From NCBI GenBank assembly GCA_965208835.1, contig OZ242358.1:2560001-2624000 (forward strand): a stretch of DNA of 64,000 nt, written 5' to 3'. Below, piece by piece: positions 19,628 to 28,788 of this stretch (its first letter is position 1; every line of letters begins with the position of its first letter). The notes below the pieces were generated by a model. That model was not told where the DNA came from and made no database searches. It saw nothing but the letters and a program-made list of their open reading frames with translations. A program made the translations under genes and the position numbers. Source of the stretch: Candidatus Latescibacterota bacterium. Lineage in GTDB: Bacteria > Latescibacterota > UBA2968 > GCA-2709665.

Positions 19628-20716
19628 ATGCCGATCATTGAGGTTGAATCGCTGGAGCAGGTCTGCGCAGGGGTTCTGGAAGGCGCGGGGTTATCGGGAA
19701 CGGAGGCGCAAAGAATCTCTCATTCGCTTGTTCTCGCGAATCTGATGGGCCACGATTCCCACGGCGTTATCCGGCTTCCGCAGTATGTGCAGGCCCTGGA
19801 GGAAGGTATTGTAAAGGGCGGGCGCGACATTCGCGTCGTCCGCGAGGCGGACGCATCGGCGGTGGTCGACGGGCAGTGGGGTTTCGGCCAGACGGTCTGC
19901 GCGCAGGCCATGGAACTGGCGACAAGAAAAGCCCGGGAGCGGTCCGTCGCCGCGGTGGAGTTGTTCAACAGCAGCCATATCGGCCGCCTCGGAGAATACG
20001 TGGAACAGGCCGCGGAAAGAGGCATGGTCGGTGTGGTCATGTGTAACAACCACGGCGGCGGCCGTCTGCTTTCGCCGTTCGGCGGGATCGACGCGAGGAT
20101 GTCTCCCAATCCCGTGGCCGTTGGCGTTCCTACGGGCGGCGACTTTACAATCGTCGTGGATATGACAACCAGCGTGGTTGCCGAAGGCAAGATTCGGGTG
20201 AAGCGTAACCGCGGAGAGCCCCTGCCGCAGGATTGGGCGATAGACGCGGAGGGCAGACCCGTGGAACGGCCTGAGGATTTCTACGGCCCGCCGCGAGGGG
20301 CGATTCTGCCCTTCGGCGGAAACGCCGCGCACAAGGGTTACGCACTGGCGGTCGTCATCGACATTCTTTCGGGCGCCCTCGGCGGCGGCGGGTGCAGCCG
20401 GGCCGGAGCCCCGTCCGGCGGAAACGGCGTATTCCTGATGGCGATCGATATTCAGGCGTTTACCCCGCCGGAACGATTCAGGGACGAGGTGGACGGCTTT
20501 GTCGGCTATTTGAAGACTTCGAGGCTGATGCCGGGATTCGACCGCATCCACCTGCCAGGTGAAATCGAATACCGTCTTCGACAAAAGGGTGAAGCGGAGG
20601 GCGTATTCGTGGATGACGAGACTTGGCGTCAGATCTGCGAGACGGGCGAAGGAGCGGGAACGGCCGACGGTGGAGCGTCAACCAATGATTCGAAACCGCA
20701 AACGGGAGGTCACTGA
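19628..20716 (+). CDS. Ldh_2 family (malate/L-lactate/sulfolactate-type) dehydrogenase
   Basis: GHDSHG, HIGRLG, NPVA, DMTTS, HKGYAL, LPGE. Confidence 0.9.
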   Translation: MPIIEVESLEQVCAGVLEGAGLSGTEAQRISHSLVLANLMGHDSHGVIRLPQYVQALEEGIVKGGRDIRVVREADASAVVDGQWGFGQTVCAQAMELATRKARERSVAAVELFNSSHIGRLGEYVEQAAERGMVGVVMCNNHGGGRLLSPFGGIDARMSPNPVAVGVPTGGDFTIVVDMTTSVVAEGKIRVKRNRGEPLPQDWAIDAEGRPVERPEDFYGPPRGAILPFGGNAAHKGYALAVVIDILSGALGGGGCSRAGAPSGGNGVFLMAIDIQAFTPPERFRDEVDGFVGYLKTSRLMPGFDRIHLPGEIEYRLRQKGEAEGVFVDDETWRQICETGEGAGTADGGASTNDSKPQTGGH

Positions 20717-21486
20717 TGGCGACCATCAAGATCACACTGCTGGGGCACGCGTCTTTCCGACTGGAACCGGATACCGGTGAGGTGGTCTATTTCGATCCGT
20801 GGCTGAATAACAACCCCACAACCGAATTGAGTGTGTCAGACATTGCGCACGCCGACGTGGTAATCGCGACGCATGGTCACGACGATCATATCGGCGACTC
20901 CTTTGAAATCTGCAAAAGCACCGGCGCCGTATTTGCCGGCAACTACGAACTTTGCCTGACCGCGGAGAAAAACGGCCTCGCCCTGGGAGAACGGGCGCAG
21001 CCGATGAATCCGGGCGGCACCATCGAGGTTAACGGCGTGCGCATTACCGCTACCCAGGCTTTCCATTCGCTCTCGATGTCGCCGAATCAGGCGCTGGGCG
21101 ATGCGCCGGAGGATGATTACTTCCGTCCGGACGGCGGCGTCTGCGGGATCGTGATGCAGTTTTCGAACGGCATTTCCGTTTACGATACGGCGGATACGGC
21201 GTTGTTCAGCGATATGCAGCTGATCAGCCAGATGTATGGACCCCAGGTGGCCATTCTTCCGGTCGGCGGTCTTTACACGATGGGAATCCGGGAAGCGGCC
21301 CGCGCGGCGAGCCTGATTCGTCCGGATATCGTCATTCCGTGCCACTACGGTGAGGCGGTGGGTCAGCCGGCGGATATCGGTGGCTTTGAGGAAATGGTCG
21401 GGTTTCTGTCTCCGAATACAAACGTCGTGAAACTCGAACCCGGGCAGTCCGTGACGTATGCGTCCGCCAGCTTTGAGGTTTCGTAG
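20716..21486 (+). CDS. Metallo-beta-lactamase fold hydrolase (UPF0173-like)
   Basis: LGHASF, THGHDDH, DTALF, IPCHY; TGATG coupling. Confidence 0.88.
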   Translation: MATIKITLLGHASFRLEPDTGEVVYFDPWLNNNPTTELSVSDIAHADVVIATHGHDDHIGDSFEICKSTGAVFAGNYELCLTAEKNGLALGERAQPMNPGGTIEVNGVRITATQAFHSLSMSPNQALGDAPEDDYFRPDGGVCGIVMQFSNGISVYDTADTALFSDMQLISQMYGPQVAILPVGGLYTMGIREAARAASLIRPDIVIPCHYGEAVGQPADIGGFEEMVGFLSPNTNVVKLEPGQSVTYASASFEVS

Positions 21487-21648
21487 AATTCACAGGCACG
21501 TCAGATTGGTGATCCCAGCAGATGGAAAGGACGGGTACCCCACGCCGAAGCAGTGTCGGATTTCGCGAGGCTGGCGCCGAAAGTTTACATGCTGCTAACG
21601 GGATGATACCGGAGACGGCACGAAGGAGGCGAAGAAAGGAAGGCACGT

Positions 21649-22464
21649 GTGGCGCAGGATCAGACCAACGCCGTTGTATCACAAAAGATCGAACTTGCCC
21701 CCGAGTTGATCATTCTGCAGGTGAGGGCCGACGGATGGGAACTACCGGAGTTCGAGCCGGGTCAGTTTGCCGTCCTGGGCCTTCCCGGCATGGCCCCCCG
21801 AAGCGAACGGTCCGAGACCGAGACAGATGCACCCGATCCGAAACGGCTGATCCGCCGGGCGTACTCGATCGCGTCGTCGTCCATGGCGCGGGAACATATG
21901 GAGTTCTACATTAATGTCGTCCATTCAGGCGCACTTACGCCGAGGTTGTTCGCGCTGGAACAGGGTGACCGTGTCTGGCTGGGTCCCAAGGTGTCAGGCG
22001 CCTTCACGCTGGATCAGGCGCCCGGGACCGCGGATGTCGTGCTTGTGGCGACCGGGACCGGGCTCGCTCCGTACATGAGCATGCTGCGCACCCGCCTGCC
22101 GAGAGACAACGGACGCCGCTTTGCCGTTCTGCACGGCGTCCGTCAATCGTGGGATCTGGGCTATCGGTCGGAACTGACCATTATGCAGCAATTGTGCAGC
22201 AACCTGACGTATCTGTCGTTGATCAGCCGTCCGGCCAACGAGCACATACCCTGGAACGGTCTGACTGGCTACGTTCAGGATCTCTGGGCGGGCGGCATTC
22301 TGGAAGAGGCCTGGGGAAAACACCCGAAACCGCAAGATACACAGGTCTTCCTGTGCGGCAACCCGAAGATGTGCGAGGACATGCTCGCCCTTCTCGAGTC
22401 TGAAGGATTCAGCGAGCATACGCGAAAGACAGTGGGCCAGGTGCATATCGAGCGCTACTGGTAG
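21649..22464 (+). CDS. fpr: Ferredoxin/flavodoxin--NADP+ reductase
   Basis: FEPGQF, RAYSIAS, GALTP, ATGTGLAPY, LCGNP, C-terminal ERYW. Confidence 0.88.
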   Translation: MAQDQTNAVVSQKIELAPELIILQVRADGWELPEFEPGQFAVLGLPGMAPRSERSETETDAPDPKRLIRRAYSIASSSMAREHMEFYINVVHSGALTPRLFALEQGDRVWLGPKVSGAFTLDQAPGTADVVLVATGTGLAPYMSMLRTRLPRDNGRRFAVLHGVRQSWDLGYRSELTIMQQLCSNLTYLSLISRPANEHIPWNGLTGYVQDLWAGGILEEAWGKHPKPQDTQVFLCGNPKMCEDMLALLESEGFSEHTRKTVGQVHIERYW

Positions 22465-22553
22465 AGGAGCAAGGCGACTGACCGGGCGAGTCGCCTGCAT
22501 TGCGGCTTCCCGGAGAAACAGCGATTGGTTCCCGGGTCGTCGTCGAGGACGCG

Positions 22554-24173
22554 ATGAATAGCGGGACATCACTGAGTTACGATGGCATTATCGTCGGAGC
22601 CGGGCACAACAGTCTCATCCTGCAGGCATATCTCGGGCGCGCGGGGCTCAAGGTGCTGTGTATCGAACGGAGAAGCGTACCCGGCGGCGGGCTGGAGACG
22701 ATCGAAGACGCACGGAATCCGGGATTTCTGCACAATACGCATTCGTTCTACCATCGTGCCCTGAACACGATGCCGTGGTACCGCGATCTGGACCTCGAAC
22801 GACGCGGAGCGGTATACCTGGAGCCGGCGTTGAACGTTGTCCTCCTGTCAGAGGCCGGCGAAGCGCTGGAATGGTGGACGGACTTCGAAAGAACGGCCGA
22901 CTCGTTCGCGCGTTTCAGCAGCCAGGACGCTGCGACGCTGAGGAGGTGGCGCGAAGAATTCCTGCCGATTGTTGAACGGATAATCGTACCTGAAGCGCAG
23001 GCGCCCCCGCTGGAACCCGCCCGGCGGCGCGCCCTGCTTGAAAAAAGCAGGGAGGGCCGACTGCTGCTCGAGGTCAGCAGATTGTCCCCGCTCGAATTTG
23101 TCCGCAGGGAATTCAGGCATCCGGTGATTCAGGCCGGATTGCTTTTTTTTAACGGCTTGCGTGAAGTCGATCTACGGTGCCCGGGGTTCGGACACCACAT
23201 TGCCGCGCTCCTGGCCAGTTCGGGCAAGGCGCAGATGTGTCGCGGGGGATCGGTCGTCCTCGCCCGGGCGCTGGTGTCGGCCGTTCGGGAGAGCGGCGGC
23301 GAACTGCGCCTCGATACGGAACCCGGACGCTTCATCCGGGAAGGAAATCGGGTTGTCGGAGTGGAGACGACGTCGGGCGAGCGTTTCATGGCCCGGCGTT
23401 TTGTCGTATCCGGTCTGAACCCGCATCAGACGTTTCTGGATCTCCTGGATGAAGATGCGCTGCCGGGTGCATGGCGGGAACGTGCGAAGGCGTTCAGATA
23501 CAATCTCATTGCCCCTCTGTTCGCCCTGAATCTCAACCTGAACGAACCGCCTCGCTATCCCGCCGCCGAGATCCGTCCGCACTTGGAAAAGGCGTTTATG
23601 GTCATTCTGGGACTGGATCACGTGGAACGGTACCTGGAGATGGTGGCATGTCACCACGCGGGACGAAAACCGCCGAACATCATGTGGGGGAGTTGTCCAA
23701 CCCTGTTCGATCCATCGCAGGCACCGGCGGGGAAGCATACCGCGTTTATGTGGGAGAAGACACCGTACCGGCTGCATGGTGATCCGACGCGTTGGGATTC
23801 GGAGCGGGACCGTCTGGGACAGGAAATGCTGGAGGCGTGGTGCCGATATGCGCCGAACGTGAAGGATAACCTCATATCCTGGTTCGCGCGCAGCCCGCTG
23901 GACGTGGAGCGCACGTTTCCGAATATGAGAGAGGGGGACCTTCTCGTTGGCGCGTTCACAAACGGCCAGATCGGTTTCAATCGTCCGTTTCCGGGAGCCG
24001 GCGGCTACAGGACGCACCTTCGGGGGCTGTATCTGTGCGGCTCCTGCTGTCACCCGGGCGGCAACATTACGGGTCTGCCCGGATACAACTGCGCGCAGGT
24101 GATTCTGCGGGACCTCGGGATCCACGCAGACTGGATGCCGGGGCCGGTCGAAAGGCGGTTGGATCGTCTATGA
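22554..24173 (+). CDS. Phytoene dehydrogenase-like FAD-dependent oxidoreductase
   Basis: IVGAGHN, ER..PGGG, YRT...GLYLCGS..HPGG...G.PGYNCA. Start ATG 22554 after a GAGG RBS. Confidence 0.85.
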   Translation: MNSGTSLSYDGIIVGAGHNSLILQAYLGRAGLKVLCIERRSVPGGGLETIEDARNPGFLHNTHSFYHRALNTMPWYRDLDLERRGAVYLEPALNVVLLSEAGEALEWWTDFERTADSFARFSSQDAATLRRWREEFLPIVERIIVPEAQAPPLEPARRRALLEKSREGRLLLEVSRLSPLEFVRREFRHPVIQAGLLFFNGLREVDLRCPGFGHHIAALLASSGKAQMCRGGSVVLARALVSAVRESGGELRLDTEPGRFIREGNRVVGVETTSGERFMARRFVVSGLNPHQTFLDLLDEDALPGAWRERAKAFRYNLIAPLFALNLNLNEPPRYPAAEIRPHLEKAFMVILGLDHVERYLEMVACHHAGRKPPNIMWGSCPTLFDPSQAPAGKHTAFMWEKTPYRLHGDPTRWDSERDRLGQEMLEAWCRYAPNVKDNLISWFARSPLDVERTFPNMREGDLLVGAFTNGQIGFNRPFPGAGGYRTHLRGLYLCGSCCHPGGNITGLPGYNCAQVILRDLGIHADWMPGPVERRLDRL

Positions 24174-25288
24174 TTCAACCCACGATTTCCTATCTGACCG
24201 ATGTGTATTTCGGATTCGGCGTCTCGGATGTCGTGCCGGACCTGCTCGCGGCGTACGGCATACGCCGGCCGCTCCTGGTGACCGATCCGGGCCTGAGCGA
24301 TCTGGGTATCGCGAAGCGCGTCTGCCTGCATGACGCGCCCGTATACTCCGGCGTCAAGACCAACCCTTCGGAGCCGCAGGTACTGGATGCGCTCGAAGTC
24401 TACAGGACGGGACGGTGCGACGGACTGGTCGCGGTGGGAGGCGGTTCGTCCATAGATCTCGCGAAATGCGCCGGCATTCTGGTTGGTCACGAAGGGCCGC
24501 TCGAGTCCTATGCGTTGCGTCGGGGCGGGACGGAACGGATCACGCGCCGCATCCCGCCGATTGTCGCCGTGCCAACCACCGCCGGTAGCGGGAGCGAGGT
24601 GGGCAGGGCCGCGCTGGTGACGTTGGGATCCGGCGACAAGGTGGCAATCCTGAGCCGCTATCTGACGCCCGCGGCCGCGGTGTGCGATCCGGAACTGACG
24701 CTGACAATGCCGCCTGCCCTGAGCGCCGGCACGGGTATGGACGCGATTTCACATTGCGTGGAGACGTTCTGCAGCACACGATACAACCCCGTTGCCGACG
24801 CGATCGCGCTCGACGGACTGCAACGCGGCTGTCGTCACATTGCAACCGTGTTTGGTGACGGTAGAAACAGAGAGGCGAGGAAGGGGATGATGATGTGCGC
24901 GTTGCAGGGCGGTCTGGCGTTTCAGAAGAGCCTCGGCGCAGTGCACAGCCTGAGCCATCCGTTGGGGTCGCTGGACAGATCATTGCATCACGGTACGCTC
25001 AATGGCCTGTTTCTTCCCGCCGTCCTGAGGTTCAATGCCGATTACTGCGCTGACAGACTCGACGCGATGGCGCGGCGGCTGCGCCTGAAGAAGGGGTCCG
25101 ATATACCGGAATATTTCGAGGCGCTGAACAGGCAGTTGGGCATACCGGAGTCGTTGTCGGACCTGGGTGTGACCCGGGAAGTTCTGGAACCGCTCGCGGC
25201 GAAGGCGGCGGCGGACCATTGCAGCCCCACAAACCCGAGGCCGCTGGATGAAGCCGCGTGCCGGATGCTCTATCTGTCCGTTTTGTAG
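24170..25288 (+). CDS. Iron-containing alcohol dehydrogenase
   Basis: GGGSSID, PTTAGSGSE, GMDAISHCVE, HSLSH, HHG; ATGA overlap at 24170-24173. Confidence 0.9.
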   Translation: MIQPTISYLTDVYFGFGVSDVVPDLLAAYGIRRPLLVTDPGLSDLGIAKRVCLHDAPVYSGVKTNPSEPQVLDALEVYRTGRCDGLVAVGGGSSIDLAKCAGILVGHEGPLESYALRRGGTERITRRIPPIVAVPTTAGSGSEVGRAALVTLGSGDKVAILSRYLTPAAAVCDPELTLTMPPALSAGTGMDAISHCVETFCSTRYNPVADAIALDGLQRGCRHIATVFGDGRNREARKGMMMCALQGGLAFQKSLGAVHSLSHPLGSLDRSLHHGTLNGLFLPAVLRFNADYCADRLDAMARRLRLKKGSDIPEYFEALNRQLGIPESLSDLGVTREVLEPLAAKAAADHCSPTNPRPLDEAACRMLYLSVL

Positions 25289-25296
25289 GAGGTTCT

Positions 25297-26148
25297 ATGT
25301 CAAGCTTGACACAGGTGGGCGAAACCGGTTTGAAAGAGGCGTTCGATCGGGACGGATACGTGATATTGAAGTCGTTCCTGTCATCGAACGTTATCGAAGG
25401 GGTAAAAGAGGAGTTGACCGTTCTGGTCGACCGCCAGGCGGAGCGGTTGACAGCGGCGGGCAGAATTACGGATACCTTCCATCGTGCGCCGTTCGAAACC
25501 CGCATCGCGCGGTTGTTCGAACACTGCATGGACCTGGCGCCTACGTCATTCCGGCCCGAACTGCACGGACCCAGGCTGTTCGATCTGTTTTTTCACCCCT
25601 GCCTTCTGGATGTTGCAGAATTGCTCCTCGGCCCGGAGATCAGGTTGTATCCGAATTATACGGCCCGCCCTAAATTTCCTGAGTGGAAGGGAACGCTCGT
25701 GCTGTGGCATCAGGACGGGGGATACACGGCGCAGGCTGCCGAGGGCGTCGAGACGCTGAGGATGTTGAACGTCTGGGCGCCCCTCGTGCCCGCCACGGAG
25801 GAAAACGGCTGTATGCAGTTTGTGCCCGGTACGCACAAACTGGGTGTCGTGCCTCACGAAAAGCGGGAATATTACCTGGAGATCGCACGGGAGGAGCTGG
25901 ACTTGCGTCTGGGGCAGGCGGTCTCCATCGAAGTAGACCCCGGCGACGTGGTCCTGTTCCACAACCTCATGTTCCATTGCGGACTCCCCAACAGGACCCG
26001 CACGGTGCGCTGGAGCATGGACTGGCGGTACCAGGACGCGACTCAGTCTACAATGCGATCGCACAAAGGGCATCTGGCCAGGAGCGGTAGGGATCCGCGA
26101 GGCGTCGTCGGAAACCGGAGGGATTGGGCGGGACGGGAATTCCAATAG
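25297..26148 (+). CDS. Phytanoyl-CoA dioxygenase (PhyH) family Fe(II)/2OG enzyme
   Basis: FDRDGY, WHQD, NGCM.F.PGTH, GDV..F....H....N...R; AGGAGG RBS. Confidence 0.9.
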   Translation: MSSLTQVGETGLKEAFDRDGYVILKSFLSSNVIEGVKEELTVLVDRQAERLTAAGRITDTFHRAPFETRIARLFEHCMDLAPTSFRPELHGPRLFDLFFHPCLLDVAELLLGPEIRLYPNYTARPKFPEWKGTLVLWHQDGGYTAQAAEGVETLRMLNVWAPLVPATEENGCMQFVPGTHKLGVVPHEKREYYLEIAREELDLRLGQAVSIEVDPGDVVLFHNLMFHCGLPNRTRTVRWSMDWRYQDATQSTMRSHKGHLARSGRDPRGVVGNRRDWAGREFQ

Positions 26149-26287
26149 GCGGTGCGGCGAACCCGCGGCCGCCTTTAGCGTTGATCGGGCCGGACTGTAC
26201 GATGTCGCGAAAATTCGCTGGCCGGCGCAAGAAATCCGGTTTACGGTGCGGACGGGGTTTCTTAAAGACGTCGCCGCCTGTCAGCAC

Positions 26288-27103
26288 CTACATCCGCCAG
26301 ATTGCGTCATATATAGAAAGCACGAAACCGGCGCCGGTGGTGAGGAGAAGGAGCAGGGCGACCACCACGGTGAGACGGCCCTCGCGCCAGCGTGCGGACG
26401 AGACGAGGAGCCGTGAAGCGATCCAACCCCCGGCGAATCCGCCGAAGTGAGCCCAGTTGTTGACACCGTGCATGAGAAAGCCGAAAACGAACAGCATGAT
26501 AGCCCACTGCCATATCTGACGCGTCATCAGCGCGGCGAAACCGGTCTTCTGGCTGCGGCCATAGACGATGAGGGCGGCCAGGAGTCCGAAAATTGACCCT
26601 GAGGCGCCGAGCGTCGGGTAGCCGGATGCGACGTTGGAAAGGAGAAAACCAACGACGCCGCCCGCCGTGAAGATGATGAAATACCGCGCCGGACCGTAGA
26701 GATTGCCGACTTCCGGGCCCAGTTGCCGGATCCACAGCACGTTGAAGAGGATATGCAGCAAGCCGCCGTGCAGGTAGATGGCCGTGAACAGCGTCCACCA
26801 CGGCGCATTTCCGTACGTCAGGCCCAGGACGATCGTAGGACCCTGACCTGGCGAGAGCATGCTGAAGAAGCCGCCGCGCATGGACAGCGCGGAATCCAGG
26901 TCAAGGAGTAGACTCAGCACATAGAGTGCAATGCACGCGGTGGGAATCAGCGTGAGAACGTCGATTTTCGATCCAAAAAGCCGACTGAGTGCGGGGCCGA
27001 ACCCCCAGAGGCCCGGTCGGTAGGTGCCGCAGTACGGGCACTTTTTCTCTTCTGTGCTGATCAGGTTCCTGCATCCCGGGCAGACCATCGATGTCTGAGG
27101 CAT
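26288..27103 (-). CDS. Rhomboid intramembrane serine protease with N-terminal zinc ribbon
   Basis: CPGC..CPYC, HGGLLHILFN, GASG, AHFGG. Start ATG 27103. Confidence 0.88.
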   Translation of the reverse strand: MPQTSMVCPGCRNLISTEEKKCPYCGTYRPGLWGFGPALSRLFGSKIDVLTLIPTACIALYVLSLLLDLDSALSMRGGFFSMLSPGQGPTIVLGLTYGNAPWWTLFTAIYLHGGLLHILFNVLWIRQLGPEVGNLYGPARYFIIFTAGGVVGFLLSNVASGYPTLGASGSIFGLLAALIVYGRSQKTGFAALMTRQIWQWAIMLFVFGFLMHGVNNWAHFGGFAGGWIASRLLVSSARWREGRLTVVVALLLLLTTGAGFVLSIYDAIWRM

Positions 27104-27116
27104 AACGACCCTCTGT

Positions 27117-28295
27117 TCAAGTTGGGACCTGCCGTCTTGCCGCCGGTTCGAGGGCGGGGCGATTGGCCGCCCAGTTCCCGATAATCTGCGAAAGTCCCGC
27201 CAGAAACCGCTCCATTTCCGATTCCGATGTGCTTCCCATTGCGGCAATCCGAATTGCGGTATCCCGCATCGGACCATATCCCGGCGCGATCTGTACATTC
27301 AGCAGGTTCTTCGCCACATGGACGAATTCCGCAGCCGGGATTGAATCGGGCATCAGGATAGTGGTGACCGTGGGGCTGTAGAATGCCGGTTGCGCAAGCA
27401 GATCCAGGCCGTGTTTCCCTGCCCAGTCCCTATGCATTCGCGCAAGATTCCTGTGTCGCTCAAAGCGGCCTTCGCCTTCATCCAGCATCTCCTCGAGGCG
27501 GGCGATCAGACAACGCAACACAAGGTCGGATACGGTTACGGGCGTTTGCCCGTCAGCGGCTCGGGCGTGCCATTCGATCAGGTCCAGCACGTATCCTCGC
27601 CGAGGGGTGTTTTTCGCGGCCTCGATTGCCCGTTCGGAGACGATCATCACCGAACCGATGGCGGGAATCGCGAAGTCCTTCTGAAGGCTCCAGAGATAGT
27701 AGTCCGGCCGCATCGAACCCATATCGATTTCAACCGCGCCGGCGATACTCACGCCGTCGACGGCGACAAGCATTTCCGGCGCCAGCCGACGCGCATCCTC
27801 GCAGAGAGCGTCGACAGGAAGCATCACCCCGGTCGCGGTTTCGTTGTGTGTCAGCAGCGCGACGTCGTAGCCTCTTCGCAACGCGTTCTGCCACGTCTCC
27901 GATTCGAGACCGTGGCCCCAAGTGACGTTCAGGACGTCGATTGAGCGGTCCAGCCGCCCAAAGACATCTGCCCAGCGGGCGGAGAATGCGCCAATATCCA
28001 GGCCAAGGGCGCCGTAGCCGGTTGGCGTGTTGACGGCGATCATCTCCCAATTGTAGCTGGCAGTGTGTCCGAAAACGAGTGGCGTGAATCCTTCCGGGAT
28101 GTGGAATGCGTCGCGAAGGAGCGATACCGCCCTGGCGTAGACGCTCTTAAAATCGGCCGAACGGTGGGAATACGTGGCCCGGTAGGTTCTGAGGACACGT
28201 TCGACCGCGGGTGTGAGTGCGTGAGGTCCTGGCGTCCAGAGGGCGATGTCCGGCAGGCGATGGTGTCTGAACCCGTCGTGCCCTTCAGAATTCAT
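27117..28295 (-). CDS. Class V PLP aminotransferase (Ala-glyoxylate/Ser-pyruvate type)
   Basis: TPGP, SHRS, HNETATG, VDGVS, SLQK (PLP lysine), RIAAMG. Start ATG 28295. Confidence 0.85.
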   Translation of the reverse strand: MNSEGHDGFRHHRLPDIALWTPGPHALTPAVERVLRTYRATYSHRSADFKSVYARAVSLLRDAFHIPEGFTPLVFGHTASYNWEMIAVNTPTGYGALGLDIGAFSARWADVFGRLDRSIDVLNVTWGHGLESETWQNALRRGYDVALLTHNETATGVMLPVDALCEDARRLAPEMLVAVDGVSIAGAVEIDMGSMRPDYYLWSLQKDFAIPAIGSVMIVSERAIEAAKNTPRRGYVLDLIEWHARAADGQTPVTVSDLVLRCLIARLEEMLDEGEGRFERHRNLARMHRDWAGKHGLDLLAQPAFYSPTVTTILMPDSIPAAEFVHVAKNLLNVQIAPGYGPMRDTAIRIAAMGSTSESEMERFLAGLSQIIGNWAANRPALEPAARRQVPT

Positions 28296-28373
28296 CTGAT
28301 CGCCTCGGGGAAAGGAAACCACCCGGGGGGTACCCTGCGCGCGGGCACCGGGACGATACGCGCCAATAAGAGC

Positions 28374-28401
28374 GCCCGTTAAACGGCCAGGTTTAACGGG
28401 C
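28374..28401. terminator. Hairpin downstream of tRNA-Gly
   Basis: Perfect 11-bp stem GCCCGTTAAAC-N6-GTTTAACGGGC with a weak U-tract. Confidence 0.5.
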
Positions 28402-28420
28402 TTTCGCGTACTGTATTGAA

Positions 28421-28496
28421 TGGAGCGGGAAACGGGACTCGAACCCGCGACCCCAACCTTGGCAAGGTTGTGCTCTACCAGCTGAGCTATTCCCGC
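28421..28496 (-). tRNA. tRNA-Gly (GCC)
   Basis: GCGGGAATAGCTCAGCTGGTAGAGCACAACCTTGCCAAGGTTGGGGTCGCGGGTTCGAGTCCCGTTTCCCGCTCCA; 76 nt, CCA encoded. Confidence 0.97.
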
Positions 28497-28528
28497 TCCC
28501 AATGGCCTGCGATTGCAGGCGGAAGTGA

Positions 28529-28557
28529 AAATTAAGTAATGGACTCGAGGATGTCAA
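28529..28557 (-). promoter_or_regulatory. Sigma70 promoter of tRNA-Gly
   Basis: TTGACA-N17-TAATTT on the minus strand. Confidence 0.6.
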
Positions 28558-28689
28558 GGCATAATACGCAGAACGGGCTGGTACCGGAACCATCAACCGA
28601 CTCATCCGTCCGTTCCGGACTGGCGAGAAGCCGGAATTCTCCTATCGGCGGGATCAACCCGGCTTCAGGCCGGCGAATCCGCGTTTGAG

Positions 28690-28718
28690 TTGACATTCAA
28701 GGGTGCGAGGCGCATATT
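28690..28718 (+). promoter_or_regulatory. Sigma70 promoter of the second hydantoinase operon
   Basis: TTGACA-N17-CATATT. Confidence 0.55.
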
Positions 28719-28788
28719 TACGTCTTCGATGTGTGTGGAAATTGTGGCATTATAGATACCCTTGAACGTTCAATCGGAGCCTGGCGGG

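Noticed and set aside
28296-28502. N-terminal extension of the aminotransferase ORF (MGAGIAQLVEHNLAKVGVAGSSPVSRS)
   Set aside because: This is the translated tRNA-Gly gene, not protein.
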